A stretch of 64,000 nt of DNA, from assembly GCA_041650915.1 (NCBI GenBank), contig JBAZKE010000003.1, positions 21,226 to 85,225 of the forward strand, in the 5' to 3' direction. The DNA comes from Patescibacteria group bacterium (GTDB lineage: Bacteria; Patescibacteriota; Patescibacteriia; UBA10025; JAHIVO01). Below the pieces are notes generated by a model. That model made no database searches. It was not told the origin of the DNA and was given only the letters and a program-made list of their open reading frames with translations. Numbering within the stretch: the first letter of the stretch is position 1; each line of letters starts with the position of its first letter. The position numbers and the translations under genes were made by a program. Below, in pieces: positions 36,342-48,800 of this stretch.

Positions 36342-39300
36342 ATGAAGAAATTATTCCACAATCGAGCGGCAATCGTAGGTCTTACCGGCCTTTGCGTCGG
36401 CATCGGTGCGGTCGTTTTGGTCGTGACCGCGAGCGTGAGCATTGCCCAGGTAACATGGGAAGAACCGACATCCCAGCCGCCGGGCGGCAATAAATACGCG
36501 CCGCTCAATACCGGCCCGGGCGACCAGGCCAAGCAGGGGGGGCTGCTGCTCGACCCTTTCTATAACTATATCGGGCCAATGCCCACCATGAGCTATCCGC
36601 TCGAGGTCAGGGGGCCGCAGAATGTTAGCATATCAAGCCTCGAGGTGCCCTCGGGGCAGGATACCGGGCAACTGACGGTTGATACCGATACGCTGTACGT
36701 TGATGCAGTCAGCCACCGGGTCGGTTTCGGTACGGCCGCGCCGTCATCGCTTGCTGAGGTGAGCGGCGGTTCGCTCGATATCGGGAGCGCCGCTTCGCCC
36801 ATTGCCGCTGATCCGGCGCTCTACGTTGCCAGCCAGTCGGCAGCCGGCTTATACGCAACTTCAACAGCTAGCGGTGCGGTAGCGGCGATCTACGGCGTGA
36901 GCGGCGCGCAGCCTGGCGTATTCGGGTATAACCTCGGGACTGGCGCCGGCATCAGGGCGGACAGCGGTTCTTCGTCAGCGGTTGTCGGCACGACAGATGC
37001 GCCGCTCAGTACGGGGAGTACCGTGCAGGCCGGCGTGTACGCGGTCGGCAAAGGGCTCGGGGCATGGGCCGGTTACTTCGGCCAGCGGGTGTACGGGTCG
37101 GATGCGGTTGTCGGACGCCAGTTCATCGAATCCCAGCCCGCTGAGTCGCAGGTTCCCTATACGCAGACATGGGAAGTTCGGCTATCCTCCGATTCGAAAA
37201 AAATAAATCCCGTGCACCTGCTGTACGCAAACGGATACGTCTGGGTTGCCCAGGAAGACTCGGTCGTGTATGTCGTCAATCCCCTCAATGGGTATTTGGT
37301 AGGGGAGATCGAGCTTTCCGCGGATTTTGAGAATGACCCGGGCCATCCGGTAAACGCCAACCACGGGATCGGAAATATGGTGTACGCAGAGGGTTATATA
37401 TGGGCTCTCGGCGATACGTGGGACGAACCGATCGTATCCCGGTTTACGCCCGATCCGGATATTGCCGGAAGCTCAGTCCGGCAGTTCATCCTCGGCACGG
37501 CCTTCGACGATGACGATGTGCGCGACCTCGTGTACGATGACATCACGCCCGGCGGCCCATTCCTGTGGATAGCGAGCAGTGATGGGCCCGGTGAGGGCGA
37601 CCAGCATTCAATCGTCCGTTTGACTATCAATGAATCAAGCCCGGACTATGGTGATTTTATTGAAGTGCTGGCGCCTGACGCGAGCTGCATTACCCTGGAT
37701 GCCGCACTGTGCACCGATCGGCTCGATAACAACGGTGACGGCACGATCGACCACGGACTGTGTGTGTTCAGTGCACCGATTGATGTTGCGGAGTGCAGTG
37801 TGGCAGGCGGTACATGGACGCCCGGTACGTGCACGGATTCACGGTACGCCGATCAAACGTCTTGTGAGGGCGCACCCGCAGACAAGTACGGGTATGCGCC
37901 CCGGTGGGTGCCGGGAACGTGCAGCACCCCGGTGTGCTCACAGGTTGAGTGTGAAGCTGCCAACCACTGTTCAGGCGGCACGTGGACCGAAGGGTCTGGC
38001 TGCTCGGACGCGAATTGCTTGACGCAGGCAACGTGCGGGCTTGGCTCGGGCTGCGGCGAAACATGGACACCGCTTGAGACAGACTGCAATCCATATACTG
38101 CGACCCCCGGTGCCTCCGTGTATGATCCCGATGCGCCCGATGTGTCTCCGGATACGGACGAACGGCTCATATACCGGCAGCTCGGCGTGCCGTTCGGCAT
38201 TGCGTTTGACGGCACTGACGTATGGACGGTCGGGGGCATGCTCACCTCTGATGCATCTTCGGGAGAAGCAGTCGTAAAAATTAATGCCGCTGACCCTGAA
38301 AATGCCAGTCTTCATGACTACTACTGCATCGGGCCGGCACGTGATGCGCGGGATATCACGTACGATAGCGGCAATGACCAGCTCTGGATAGGGCAAGCGC
38401 CGTCCTGGCACAAGCCTGGCACCTTTCATGGCTTGAGCCGGTTTGATATGGCAGCGGGAAAAATTGCGGAGACATACCTGAATTCGGTTTACGGTTTTGG
38501 CGTCAATATAAATAAGGTAGAGTATGACGACATCTCAGCCGGCGGCCCCTGGGTATGGGCAGCTGCTGCGTACAATGCACCGCTCAACAAGTTCCATATC
38601 AACGATGAAGAAATAAAACACCAGTTTATTCCTCCCGGAGGCATCCCGGATTTTTCGATTGACCGTGAAACCGCAGGCGGCCCGTACGCGTGGTCGTCGC
38701 TGTACTATGCGAGTGCCGTCGGCAGAAGCCTGGTCAATGAGCCCTATACGACCGTGGTATATACGCCCAAGGGGGTCGGCAGGGAGGATATTGCGTTCGA
38801 CGGGGAATTTATCTGGACGGCAAACGGGTACGCCCAGTCAATCAGCAAGTACCGCTCAAGCGACAGCGAAAAGGTTGCAGACTACGGCGGGTTTCCGAGT
38901 GACGTGCAGCATATAATGTACGACGGTTCATACTTGTGGGCAGTCATATCGGGCGGCAGCCCGCTTGCCAAGGTCGATCCGCGGACAGGTAATATTATTG
39001 AAATATTCACGTACGCAGGCGAGCATCAGGTCGGGTGGGATTGGGCTTTTGACGGCACCAATCTCTGGCTCTCCCTCGAGCACAAGAATATGGTTCAGCG
39101 CATCGATCTCACGTCGTGCAGCGCCGGCACGTGCGGCGTCACGCAGTATGCAAATATTTTTCAGCCGTACGAGCTTGAGTTTGACGGAACCTACGTCTGG
39201 ATTACCCACACCAGCCAAGCCTCGAGTGACGTCAGCCTGAGCGATAGCCTGACGCGCATCAGGGTTTCTGACGGTGCGGTTGAAGGCCCGTTCATCGTGC

Positions 39301-40559
39301 TCGATGACGAGCACGGGGGCAATATCACCGCGCTCGAGTACGACGGAACCTACCTGTGGATCGGCACCAGTATCGCGGATTACTACGGCAACAGCGTTTT
39401 TAAACTCGATATTGAGCGTTGCGGGGAGGCGCCTGATTACGTTGATGCATGCCCGGTCGCAGGTCGGTATAAAATTTACCACGATTCCGGCGTATGCTCA
39501 GTGAGCAAGACGTACTGCACGGCATCTAACGACTGCCCGGCAACGGAGTACTGCAGCAATATCAGGCCGGCCTGTACGTACGGTGATAAGACGGATGTTG
39601 TGTATTCGAGAGTTGATCAGATGCTCTTTGACGGAATGAACATGTGGGTCACGAATATGACACCGACCGATTGCAGCTCATTACGGGAGTGCAGCACGGA
39701 TAATTCGTACGACGAGGACGGTGACGGCCTCACGGGGAATAGTGATCCGAACTGCGAGCGTACGTATGATGCGGTTTCCTATGACCACCACGAGCGGAGC
39801 ATCTGCGATGACGGGATTGATAACGATAATGACGGCACGTGCGACTGGAACGGATGCGGCGGATTGCCGGCTGACAGCGAGTGCGTCGTTGCCGGCTACC
39901 CGAATGACCTGCAGCTTGATACCGAGGGTGCGTCGCTGTTTACTGACGGCAAGGGGCTGCTCGAGTGCAGGGACGGGCTCGACAATGACGGCAATGGCTT
40001 GTGCGACTGGGACGGCGCGGCCGGCTCGCCCGGGTGCAGCGGCAAGCCTGATCCGGGATGCGATGTGCCGAATGACGCGAGCGAAGCAGCGCGGCCTAAT
40101 GACGCACATCTCACGAAGATCAACGCGGCTACCGACGAGGTTGTCGAGAGTATCCTCTATGGGGCGTACTGCAGTTCGAGCGGGCTGGCGTACGATGGCA
40201 CGGATCTTTGGATCGCGAACTACGCGTGCGAATCTGGTTATGAGTACAGCGCAGCCGCGTACTACACCCTTTATCAGTATTATTCCGGTAATGGGCGGGG
40301 AGTCACGGATATTATAAGTTCCGTTAACCTATCGGGAATTGATGCTGCTGATCCGCAGCAGGGGGATATTGCACTCGGCGGCAGCGCTACGTTTGGCGGA
40401 TCTTTGTATGTAAACGGTGATATCGTCGTGCCGGGAAATACGTGGGCGGGGACTGCCGACCATGATCAGGCATTCGGTGACGGATGCGCCGAAGGTGAAT
40501 TTGTAAAGGGGATCGATTTGACAGCCGGCAGCGAGTCGCTCCAGTGCCGGCCACTATAA
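36342..40559 (+). CDS. Secreted fibre/beta-propeller protein, paralog 2 (Cys-rich and Ca-binding-like inserts)
   Basis: ATG at 36342 (MKKLFH); WEEPTSQPPGGNKYAPLN, FDGxxxW blades, CxDGxDNDxxGxxD motifs, C-terminal CAEGEFVKG...CRPL. Confidence 0.85.
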   Translation: MKKLFHNRAAIVGLTGLCVGIGAVVLVVTASVSIAQVTWEEPTSQPPGGNKYAPLNTGPGDQAKQGGLLLDPFYNYIGPMPTMSYPLEVRGPQNVSISSLEVPSGQDTGQLTVDTDTLYVDAVSHRVGFGTAAPSSLAEVSGGSLDIGSAASPIAADPALYVASQSAAGLYATSTASGAVAAIYGVSGAQPGVFGYNLGTGAGIRADSGSSSAVVGTTDAPLSTGSTVQAGVYAVGKGLGAWAGYFGQRVYGSDAVVGRQFIESQPAESQVPYTQTWEVRLSSDSKKINPVHLLYANGYVWVAQEDSVVYVVNPLNGYLVGEIELSADFENDPGHPVNANHGIGNMVYAEGYIWALGDTWDEPIVSRFTPDPDIAGSSVRQFILGTAFDDDDVRDLVYDDITPGGPFLWIASSDGPGEGDQHSIVRLTINESSPDYGDFIEVLAPDASCITLDAALCTDRLDNNGDGTIDHGLCVFSAPIDVAECSVAGGTWTPGTCTDSRYADQTSCEGAPADKYGYAPRWVPGTCSTPVCSQVECEAANHCSGGTWTEGSGCSDANCLTQATCGLGSGCGETWTPLETDCNPYTATPGASVYDPDAPDVSPDTDERLIYRQLGVPFGIAFDGTDVWTVGGMLTSDASSGEAVVKINAADPENASLHDYYCIGPARDARDITYDSGNDQLWIGQAPSWHKPGTFHGLSRFDMAAGKIAETYLNSVYGFGVNINKVEYDDISAGGPWVWAAAAYNAPLNKFHINDEEIKHQFIPPGGIPDFSIDRETAGGPYAWSSLYYASAVGRSLVNEPYTTVVYTPKGVGREDIAFDGEFIWTANGYAQSISKYRSSDSEKVADYGGFPSDVQHIMYDGSYLWAVISGGSPLAKVDPRTGNIIEIFTYAGEHQVGWDWAFDGTNLWLSLEHKNMVQRIDLTSCSAGTCGVTQYANIFQPYELEFDGTYVWITHTSQASSDVSLSDSLTRIRVSDGAVEGPFIVLDDEHGGNITALEYDGTYLWIGTSIADYYGNSVFKLDIERCGEAPDYVDACPVAGRYKIYHDSGVCSVSKTYCTASNDCPATEYCSNIRPACTYGDKTDVVYSRVDQMLFDGMNMWVTNMTPTDCSSLRECSTDNSYDEDGDGLTGNSDPNCERTYDAVSYDHHERSICDDGIDNDNDGTCDWNGCGGLPADSECVVAGYPNDLQLDTEGASLFTDGKGLLECRDGLDNDGNGLCDWDGAAGSPGCSGKPDPGCDVPNDASEAARPNDAHLTKINAATDEVVESILYGAYCSSSGLAYDGTDLWIANYACESGYEYSAAAYYTLYQYYSGNGRGVTDIISSVNLSGIDAADPQQGDIALGGSATFGGSLYVNGDIVVPGNTWAGTADHDQAFGDGCAEGEFVKGIDLTAGSESLQCRPL

Positions 40560-40572
40560 TAATACGATTGCA

Positions 40573-42801
40573 GTGAAACGATTTTTACTCACAATAAAAA
40601 AAGCCCGTAAATGCGCAATCCTGTGCGTCGGCATTGCCATAGCTGTTTCGTGCGCAGCGGGTGGCCGCGTTGCTACGGCTGAGTGGATTGAACCTGACGA
40701 TGCTCCTCCTGAGGGAACTTTTTACGCGCCGATAACGCAGGGATCGGAGAACCAGGCGAAGAAGGGGTATGTGAAGCTCGATCCGCGATATACGCCAACA
40801 GATGATTACTCCCTCACGTACCGCATCAATAAGCCGCTCGAGGTAGCGGGCATCGGTGCGAAGTTTTCTACACCGGACGTATTCGCGAATTTGCTCTACG
40901 TCGATACGGACACCCTGTACGCCGATTCATTCTCAAACTGGACCGGGATTAATACCGATGTGCAGCTGCACGGGGTACAGCTCGAGGTTGCCGACGGGAC
41001 CGTGACAGCCACCCATGATAACGGTCCGGCCGTCCGCGGTTACAGCGGCACCGGCGCCGGAATCTACGGCAGCGGAGGAGCGGCTGGCATCGCCGGGGTG
41101 TACGGCCTCCGCGCTTCGAACGACGGCTGGGCAGTCTACGGCGAGAGCGAGGGTAACGTCGGGGTGCGCGGCGAGAGCGAAGCGGGCGCTGGCATCTATG
41201 CGACGACGAATTCGGATACGATGGCCGCCGTGTACGCGCGCAATGACAATACAGGCTGGGCAGCGTACTTCGACGGGAAGCTCGGCGCGGGATCCGATGT
41301 GATCACGAACCAGTTTTATCCGACGACGACGCGGCAATCGCTGCTGCCGTATACCTCTGGGCAGAAGGTTGCGGAGTATACGTACGGCGCTGACTGGAGC
41401 GATCCGGTCAACGCGATTCTCGCTTTTGACGGGACGTACGTCTGGGCGGCTACAAAAGGCAGGGATGAGAATACGAATAACCTCTTCAAGATCCGCGCTG
41501 CTGACGGCCAGACGATGGATGCATGGCGCCTTGATAGCATCTACTCGGCGGAGGCGATGGCATTTGACGGGCGTTACTTATGGCTGTACGGGCACTGGAA
41601 CAGGCTCGCCCGTTTCGATACCGTGACGAATGCGGTTCTGTACAGCGAGCTCGTCCCGATGGGGGCGCAGGATGTCATTTCGGTGCTCGTGACGTACTCA
41701 GGAGGCGAGGAGTACATCTGGGTTCCCGACTGGGGCAATAACCAGATTTTCAGGTTCAACGCGAGTACGTTCAGTACCGTAGCGCCGGAGGCATTCCTGT
41801 TTACCGATACGGCGGTGATTCCCGCGGGCAGCCTTCCTTTTTCCGAACCGGCCGGCTCGACGTACGACGGTGAGTATATCTGGATCGCCGGGTACGCAAC
41901 CGGTACCGTTGCACGCATCTGGGCGGAAAATCCGAAAGACTCAGGCCATCCCGGCATGGTCATCGATACGACGACGAGCGCCTACAACTGCGCGGTCCGG
42001 AAGGTTGTCTTTGACGGCGAGTACGTGTGGTGCCTGCAGGGGAATACCCTGTCGTACCTCGTGCGTATCTGGGCGGAAGACCCGTACGATCCCCGCCATC
42101 CGATCCGGCAATTTGGTCCCCTCATGGGAGGGGCGAAGGGCGCTGTTTTTGACGGCACCTACCTCTGGGTCGTGAACCACCTTCCAGGCACGAACGGGCT
42201 CTACCGCTTCCTTGCAGCCGATCCGGCGCAGTACGAACGTGTCGATAGCACGATCCGTAGCGAGTACCTCGTCTTTGACGGCACGTTCATCTGGGTTATC
42301 GATGAGACGACCGGCACGCTCGAAAAATTCTACAGCGGAGCGGGTACAGGCGCGGTGTACCAGAATAATATGGTGGCGCTGCAGACTTACTCGGGGCAGT
42401 GCAACGCTGATAGTTCGTACAGGTGCATGACCGATGCCGATTGCGTCCAGGTCGGAGGCACGTGCAATGTGCAGATGTACGCGCAGCAGGGTGAGGTGCA
42501 CATATCCGGCAGCGCCGAGTTCAATGACGCCCACTGCTTTGATTCCTGGCAGAACCGGCACTACTATGACCGGGCGTGCACGGCAGATGCTGAGTGCGGC
42601 GGCGCGGGGTGGTACTGCATCGGCGGTGACGTAACGGCCGGCGCAGACGTGGATGCGGACGGCAACGTGTGGGGCGGCAGCGATGATGCACGCGCAGTGC
42701 CGTCCGGCGGTTCGGCCGAGTGCAGCGACGGCCAGTTTATTAAGGGCATAACGCTTGACGGGGACAGCGAGATTACCGCGATAATCTGCAGGCAATTGTA
42801 A
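40573..42801 (+). CDS. Secreted fibre/beta-propeller protein, paralog 3
   Basis: GTG start; WIEPDDAPPEG...API, GVYG repeats, FDGxxxW blades, C-terminal CSDGQFIKG...CRQL. Confidence 0.85.
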   Translation: MKRFLLTIKKARKCAILCVGIAIAVSCAAGGRVATAEWIEPDDAPPEGTFYAPITQGSENQAKKGYVKLDPRYTPTDDYSLTYRINKPLEVAGIGAKFSTPDVFANLLYVDTDTLYADSFSNWTGINTDVQLHGVQLEVADGTVTATHDNGPAVRGYSGTGAGIYGSGGAAGIAGVYGLRASNDGWAVYGESEGNVGVRGESEAGAGIYATTNSDTMAAVYARNDNTGWAAYFDGKLGAGSDVITNQFYPTTTRQSLLPYTSGQKVAEYTYGADWSDPVNAILAFDGTYVWAATKGRDENTNNLFKIRAADGQTMDAWRLDSIYSAEAMAFDGRYLWLYGHWNRLARFDTVTNAVLYSELVPMGAQDVISVLVTYSGGEEYIWVPDWGNNQIFRFNASTFSTVAPEAFLFTDTAVIPAGSLPFSEPAGSTYDGEYIWIAGYATGTVARIWAENPKDSGHPGMVIDTTTSAYNCAVRKVVFDGEYVWCLQGNTLSYLVRIWAEDPYDPRHPIRQFGPLMGGAKGAVFDGTYLWVVNHLPGTNGLYRFLAADPAQYERVDSTIRSEYLVFDGTFIWVIDETTGTLEKFYSGAGTGAVYQNNMVALQTYSGQCNADSSYRCMTDADCVQVGGTCNVQMYAQQGEVHISGSAEFNDAHCFDSWQNRHYYDRACTADAECGGAGWYCIGGDVTAGADVDADGNVWGGSDDARAVPSGGSAECSDGQFIKGITLDGDSEITAIICRQL

Positions 42802-42804
42802 TGT

Positions 42805-45800
42805 ATGCCAAAGGCGACTAAAAATTTACTCTTCATCCTTACCATCGCCACTGCGGCTGCGGTGCTCGGCGGCGGGCTGCTCTGGCTCGGGTATGCGCTC
42901 GTGCGCGAGCCTGCCGGCTCAGTGCCCGTCGCGGTCGCGGAAGACCCCGAGACGCTCATGGATGAGCAGGCCGAGCAGGGGGCGATCAACTATACGCATG
43001 CGGATAACGGAGACGGCACCTCGACGATGACGTTCTCGCTTTTTGATACGCAGTACCTGGCCGACGATGGCGCGTACGCGCCCATCAGTACGGAGGTCCT
43101 GGAATCAGCGGGCGACTACGCGTTTGAGAATACCGAGAACATATTCAAGACGCACTTCCGCGGGAGCGCTGCCGTGGACAGCGCCGTCGAATTCGCGATC
43201 GGCGAGCGGTCGGTGGGCATCAGCTTCGTCGGCGCCAGCGAATCCGCGCCCGTCGCAGCGGGAAACACGGTCACGTACCCGGGCGTGTATGGCGGCATGG
43301 ACGCCCGGTACACGCTCCTCCCGGAGCAGCTCCTCGAAGAGCTCATCGTGACCGAGCAGGTAGAGGTCAGCCGCATCAGCCAGAAGCTTATCCTGAGCAA
43401 CGTGTACTACAAAGAGCAGCCGGACGGTTCGCTCACTTTCCATGATGCAGACACCAGGCGGATCGTGTGGTATACACCGGCTCCGGTCATGTATGAGATT
43501 CCGACCGAGGAAAACAGCGAGGCGGGCTCGAGCTCCGCCCTCCACTACGAGGTGGAAGAGGTTGAAGGCGGCTTTATCGTGCACAAGGTGATCGATGCTG
43601 AGGGTATCGAGTGGCTCAAGGCTGCTTCGTACCCGCTCGTGATCGACGGAACATTTACCCGTGACACCTGGCCAACCTCGTCGGGCTCAATGTATGGGGA
43701 GATTGCGTGGGAGGATCCGTTGTGGACGGTCGACCCTGGAGGCAGAAGTTTTTGGACAGAGGGTTACAATTGGGAGCAGATGGCGTACGTTACCTTCCTG
43801 CAGGACGGGACGATCGAGCGCCGGGCATACTTAGTGTTTGATACGAAGAGGCTGCCGGATTCGATATGGCCGATACAAGCAACGCTCCAGGTGCGCAACC
43901 TTCAAAATAATTTTTACGGAGAAACGTGGCGTGATGACGAGTATTACATGGGCGCTTTCGCATGCCAGTACGGGTGGTACGTCCTCGGCTCCGACGATTG
44001 GGAAGGGTGCAAACGCTTGACAAGTGACATTACTAATGAGGATGACGACAGCGTTGAGCTCGTGGATAACTGGCCTAGTCATGCGTGGCATACGTTTAAC
44101 CTCAATCCGGAATCAATCGGTGCGGATGTATGGACCAACGTCGTGCTCGATACGTACCGCGTCGGAAATCTTGACGACAATAATTACGAGCGCAGTATGG
44201 TAGTCGGCGTCGGCCCGAATGCCGGCCCGACTTCCGGGCCCGACATGTGGGCGTATGCGCCAATACTGACGGTCACGTACAAAGGCCCGCCCCCGCCGCC
44301 AAACCACTTTGAGATCACCGGCAATACGCAGACGAGCGTTGCGCTCGAGTGGCAGGATGAGAGCACGACCGAAGACGGGTGGATCATCCAGTACGGCCCC
44401 ACTGCAGCCGGGCCGTGGACAGACCTGTGCCATCCGCATACGGGCAGCGGTTCTATCCCGAGCACGGGCGTTTGCGTCGACTTCAGCTCGGATTGGGACT
44501 GCGATATAGAGGTAACGAAGGCGGGGAGCGGCGACGATACGCCAGCTGACCCGGACGACTATATGTGCCGCCTGACGCACACCCCCCTTTCGCCGAATAC
44601 GCACTACTACTACCGGATCGTGACGTACGAGCCTGCACCTTTTGGCGAGAACGGCGCTGTGTTCTCGTCGGTCAACCGCAGGAGCGTCACCACCTCGCAT
44701 CTCAATGCGAGTGGCGAGCTGTACATCGGCGGTTCACGGTTGGCGAATGGCGAGACGCACGGTGCGCTCGAGCGGCGCCGGTCCATAAACGGGCGACTCG
44801 ACCGCACGTTTGCCAACCTGCAGGGCGATGTGGCGTGCTGCGACACGGCAGGGTGTGCGGGATATGTTGATTCCGGACAGGGATGGATTCTCTTCAACTG
44901 GGATACTTTTTGGAGCTTCAATACGATTCTCGACATTCCGAGCGGCGCCGGCTCAATACAGCCCGATCTGTACGCGCTCGGCGGCGCACACTGGGATTAC
45001 GATAAGCTCATGCGTTTTGACACCATGAATGACCACGAGGGAGAGTGGGAGTGGAAAAACTCAGTGAACTGGGGAGCGTACCAGTCCAAGATGTTTCCCA
45101 TATTGGAGGAAAACACGCTCATCGTAACCGGCGCCCGTGAAAATTATAATGCTTCTTATCCTACTTTGGGCTGCGGCCGGACCGGGTACTGCTGGAAGGT
45201 CAAGGCTCAGCTCATGCTGAAGTCCTGCAGTGCGACGCTCGGGTACCGTTATGACTGGGACTACAGCGCGACAGGCCTTAATGGGGATGGCTACTACAAT
45301 GGCGAGATGTGGGTGCCGGCTGGCCAGAATCTGTACGATAGCGTATCGGACGCGGACTATATGTACCTCGCCGGCACGCCGTATGGCCTGGCGGACGGGT
45401 ATCTCCGGAAGCACGATAAGTACACCGGGTACCTGTGCAACGGGACTGACGCGAACCATTGCGGCATCGGGAACGGGTGGGGCGACGCAGACTCCGGCAC
45501 GATCACGATTCCTGAGAGCAGCGGTATCAGATACCTCGCGATTGATAGTACGAGCCTGTATTTGCTCGGCTCCCGTGACGATGGCATCTCCTGGCAGATT
45601 GAGAAGCGCAGCCTGGCTACGGGTGACCGCGTGACCGCGTTCAGCGGAGATGGCGTCTTTGTCTCTATTATGGGTTCACCTTCACCGTCGGACATCATTG
45701 TCGATAATAACTACCTGTACGTTATCGGCCGAGAACGGCCCTCGAGCATCTACCAGTGGCGCATCGAGAAGTACGACAAGAACACGGGTGACCGCTGCGA

Positions 45801-48800
45801 TGGCGGGTCCGGGCACTGCGGCAATGTCGAATTCGGGTCAAGCGGCATCATTTCATTCAGCAGCGATGTGGCAGGTGATGCGTATACGCCGGTGTCAATC
45901 GAGCAAGACGATAACCACCTCTACATCTCTGGAGTAGCGAATTCATCGTACACTGCGTGGCGCATTGAGAAGCGCGTCAAAGATACCGGTGCACTCGGTA
46001 ACAAGATGGATATTCTCCACGGGGCGTCGCAGTTCGGAATCCACGACGACTGGTCATATCCGGAAGACGCCTGGACGCTCGCCGAGGCGGTTGCGGCACC
46101 CCCGGTATTTGTCGATCCGCAGCCGGACAATTCCGAGGTGCACGTACTGTATGAGAACGGCGGTTCAGCAGGCCCGGGCAGGTTCCCGGACGATCCGCTC
46201 GACGGCGATCCGGGCACGACCCAGTACTGCCTCGGGCTCTACATCGAGGACTGGCCGGCGGATCCTGGTTTTGAGACGCCTCCGACGCCAGATACTTTTT
46301 TATCCATATGGAAAGACCTTGCGGCATACGGCTATTTTCCGCAGACGCTCATTGCTGGTACTGGCGGCTTCATGTGGTGGGGCCCTGTTTGTTATACGGC
46401 GGCCGAATGGCACGGTCTGCCGTTCTCATCCGTATACCCGCGGCTCGAAACCCCGATACGTGCGCCGCTCAATATGCTTGCTGACAGTACTGAGATCGCT
46501 CCGCTGCCTCCGGACCAGGAAATGACAGGCGCGTTTTTCGCGAAGAACGGAGACGGTGAGGTGGCGGACCCGCTGCCGAGCGGATGGGCTACCACGAGGA
46601 CGCGCGCCCGCAATCCTCTGCAGCCCCTCGCGACCGCGCTCGATGCCCATACGGTCCAGATTACGATGCGCAATAATAGTGCAGGATCGGTGTCTAGAAA
46701 TCCTGCGTGGACAGACTACGCACTCCAGAACGCAGATACCGGGCAGTATCTTGATCCGGCTACTGGTTTATTCGTAGACGATCTGCCAATCAACGAGGAC
46801 GATATTTGGTGCGACCTTTCTTCCCAAGAACCTGATAGTACGTGCAATTGGGGGTACCCGAGCCCTGACAGCGTTGGGACGGTCACGTTCAACAATGCGC
46901 AGCCTGCGCTGTGCTATGAATTGCGCGCAAAGTCGAGGAATAAAGATAAAGTCGAGGGTGAGTTTTGGGGCAGGTGCAATGAGTATATGACCGACGGAGG
47001 CGGATATACGTGCTGGACCGACAAGGCGTGCGTGCCGTGGAACTGCAATATCGAAAACCATACTACGTTTAATAATAGCCAACCGGCGCTCTGTGCATCT
47101 GAGGGCGGCGTCTGGGAGGAAAACTGGGATTCCGATTCGTGCGTTGATCAGAGTGATCCGGATTATGAAGACTGGTACAATTTAATATGGTCGACTTCAG
47201 TGAATGTATGCGTTCCATCCGCGCCCGCTGATGGCGTCAATGTCGAGTGCGGGTATGACGAAACGGACGGATACTACTGCGACCTGGGGATTATCGATAG
47301 TGAGAATCCGGCGAATTATTGTGAAGGTCATCCGGAATGCACCGATCAAGCCAGTTGCGAGAATGTCGCAGGGTGCAATTCTACCTGGCATGTCAGCGTG
47401 GTCTACGGAATACAATACTGCCTGGATAATGTGCCGCTCAGTGATTGCTTCAGCGTACCGGGGCACGGCTGGAATGATGCGGTTTTAGAAACGGACCAAA
47501 AGGTACACCGGTTTGCGTCAGAAACGCTGCAAACATGGCTCGCGTGCTCGCAGGAGAATAACGTGCAGGCATACCGCGTCCGTACGCGGGGGCAGAATGG
47601 AGTATGGTCTGCATACACTGCTCCGATCGAAGTGGACATCGGCAGCGGCTGGGATACGTTGCCTCCGTGCCCTGTCACCTGGGCAACGCCTCTGCACTCA
47701 GAAAATGCGGCGGATGGCTTTGGTTATAAAATTACCTGGCAGTGGCTCCAGCCTGACAATTGGGACGCCGACTGTTTGGATAAGGATTGCATGTACTACA
47801 ATTTGTATGATGATGCGATGCGGTGCGTCGTTGGAGGATCGGACGCAGTGCCTGATGCGGACGAGCTCTGCCCTTTGACGCCGCGGCCTTCCATTGCCGA
47901 CTGGATTGATCCGTCATTTTCGCAGTATATGTACTGTGATAACTTACTATGCACCCGGCTCCTGAAGCAGAATACGGAGTACGCTGCCCGCGTGCAGGCG
48001 GTGCGGGTTGATAGGTATAATGAAACGCAGCGCATCCGCGGCGGCGAGCCCACGTGGTATATGAAGCCGTTTGAGGAGTATGCGACCGTTTATACTTCCA
48101 TTGACGCGCCTGCCGGCATAACATTCAATAATGACGGGCTGTCAGCGGAAACGTTGCTTATGCGCTGGACAGGGCTGCTCGCAGGAGTCAGCCAAGCCGA
48201 CTACCGCGGCGAGTCCGGCGTGAAGTACTACCAGACGCTCGAAGGCGCTCCGGACAATATAGGCGATCCTGCTTTTATGGGATTCGTGAAAGACGGCGAT
48301 CCGGCCGTTTGGCTCGATATATGGGATAGTGGCCTGATGCCGAACCGCAAGTACTGCTACCAGGCCGAGGCATGCAATGGCGACTGCGATATACTCGGCG
48401 ATCCCACTGATGTGAGCGCGCGGTCTCCGGTAGCGTGCCAGTATACGCTTGCTGACCAGCCGGCGCAGCCCGTGCTCCGCCGAAATGAGGGGGAGACCGA
48501 AATCACCCTTAGCATCCGTACGAATGCCGATGACCGCAATTCCCACGGCGAGTTCATTGACCCGTACCAAAATCCGGATACTGACTATGCGCTGTGCGTG
48601 ACCAGCTACGATGATATCGGCAATAAGGTCTGGTCGCACTACGCAGACCCGAACTGGGATGCGGGAGACACTACGACCGCATTCATCGATAAGAGCTTTT
48701 GCAGCGATCCGGCGTGCGATAATGAGGCAGACTGCCTCGGATCCGGCCCTGGGCAGTGCAGTGAACTCGTGCTGCAGACCTGGACCGAGCGCCCGACCTG

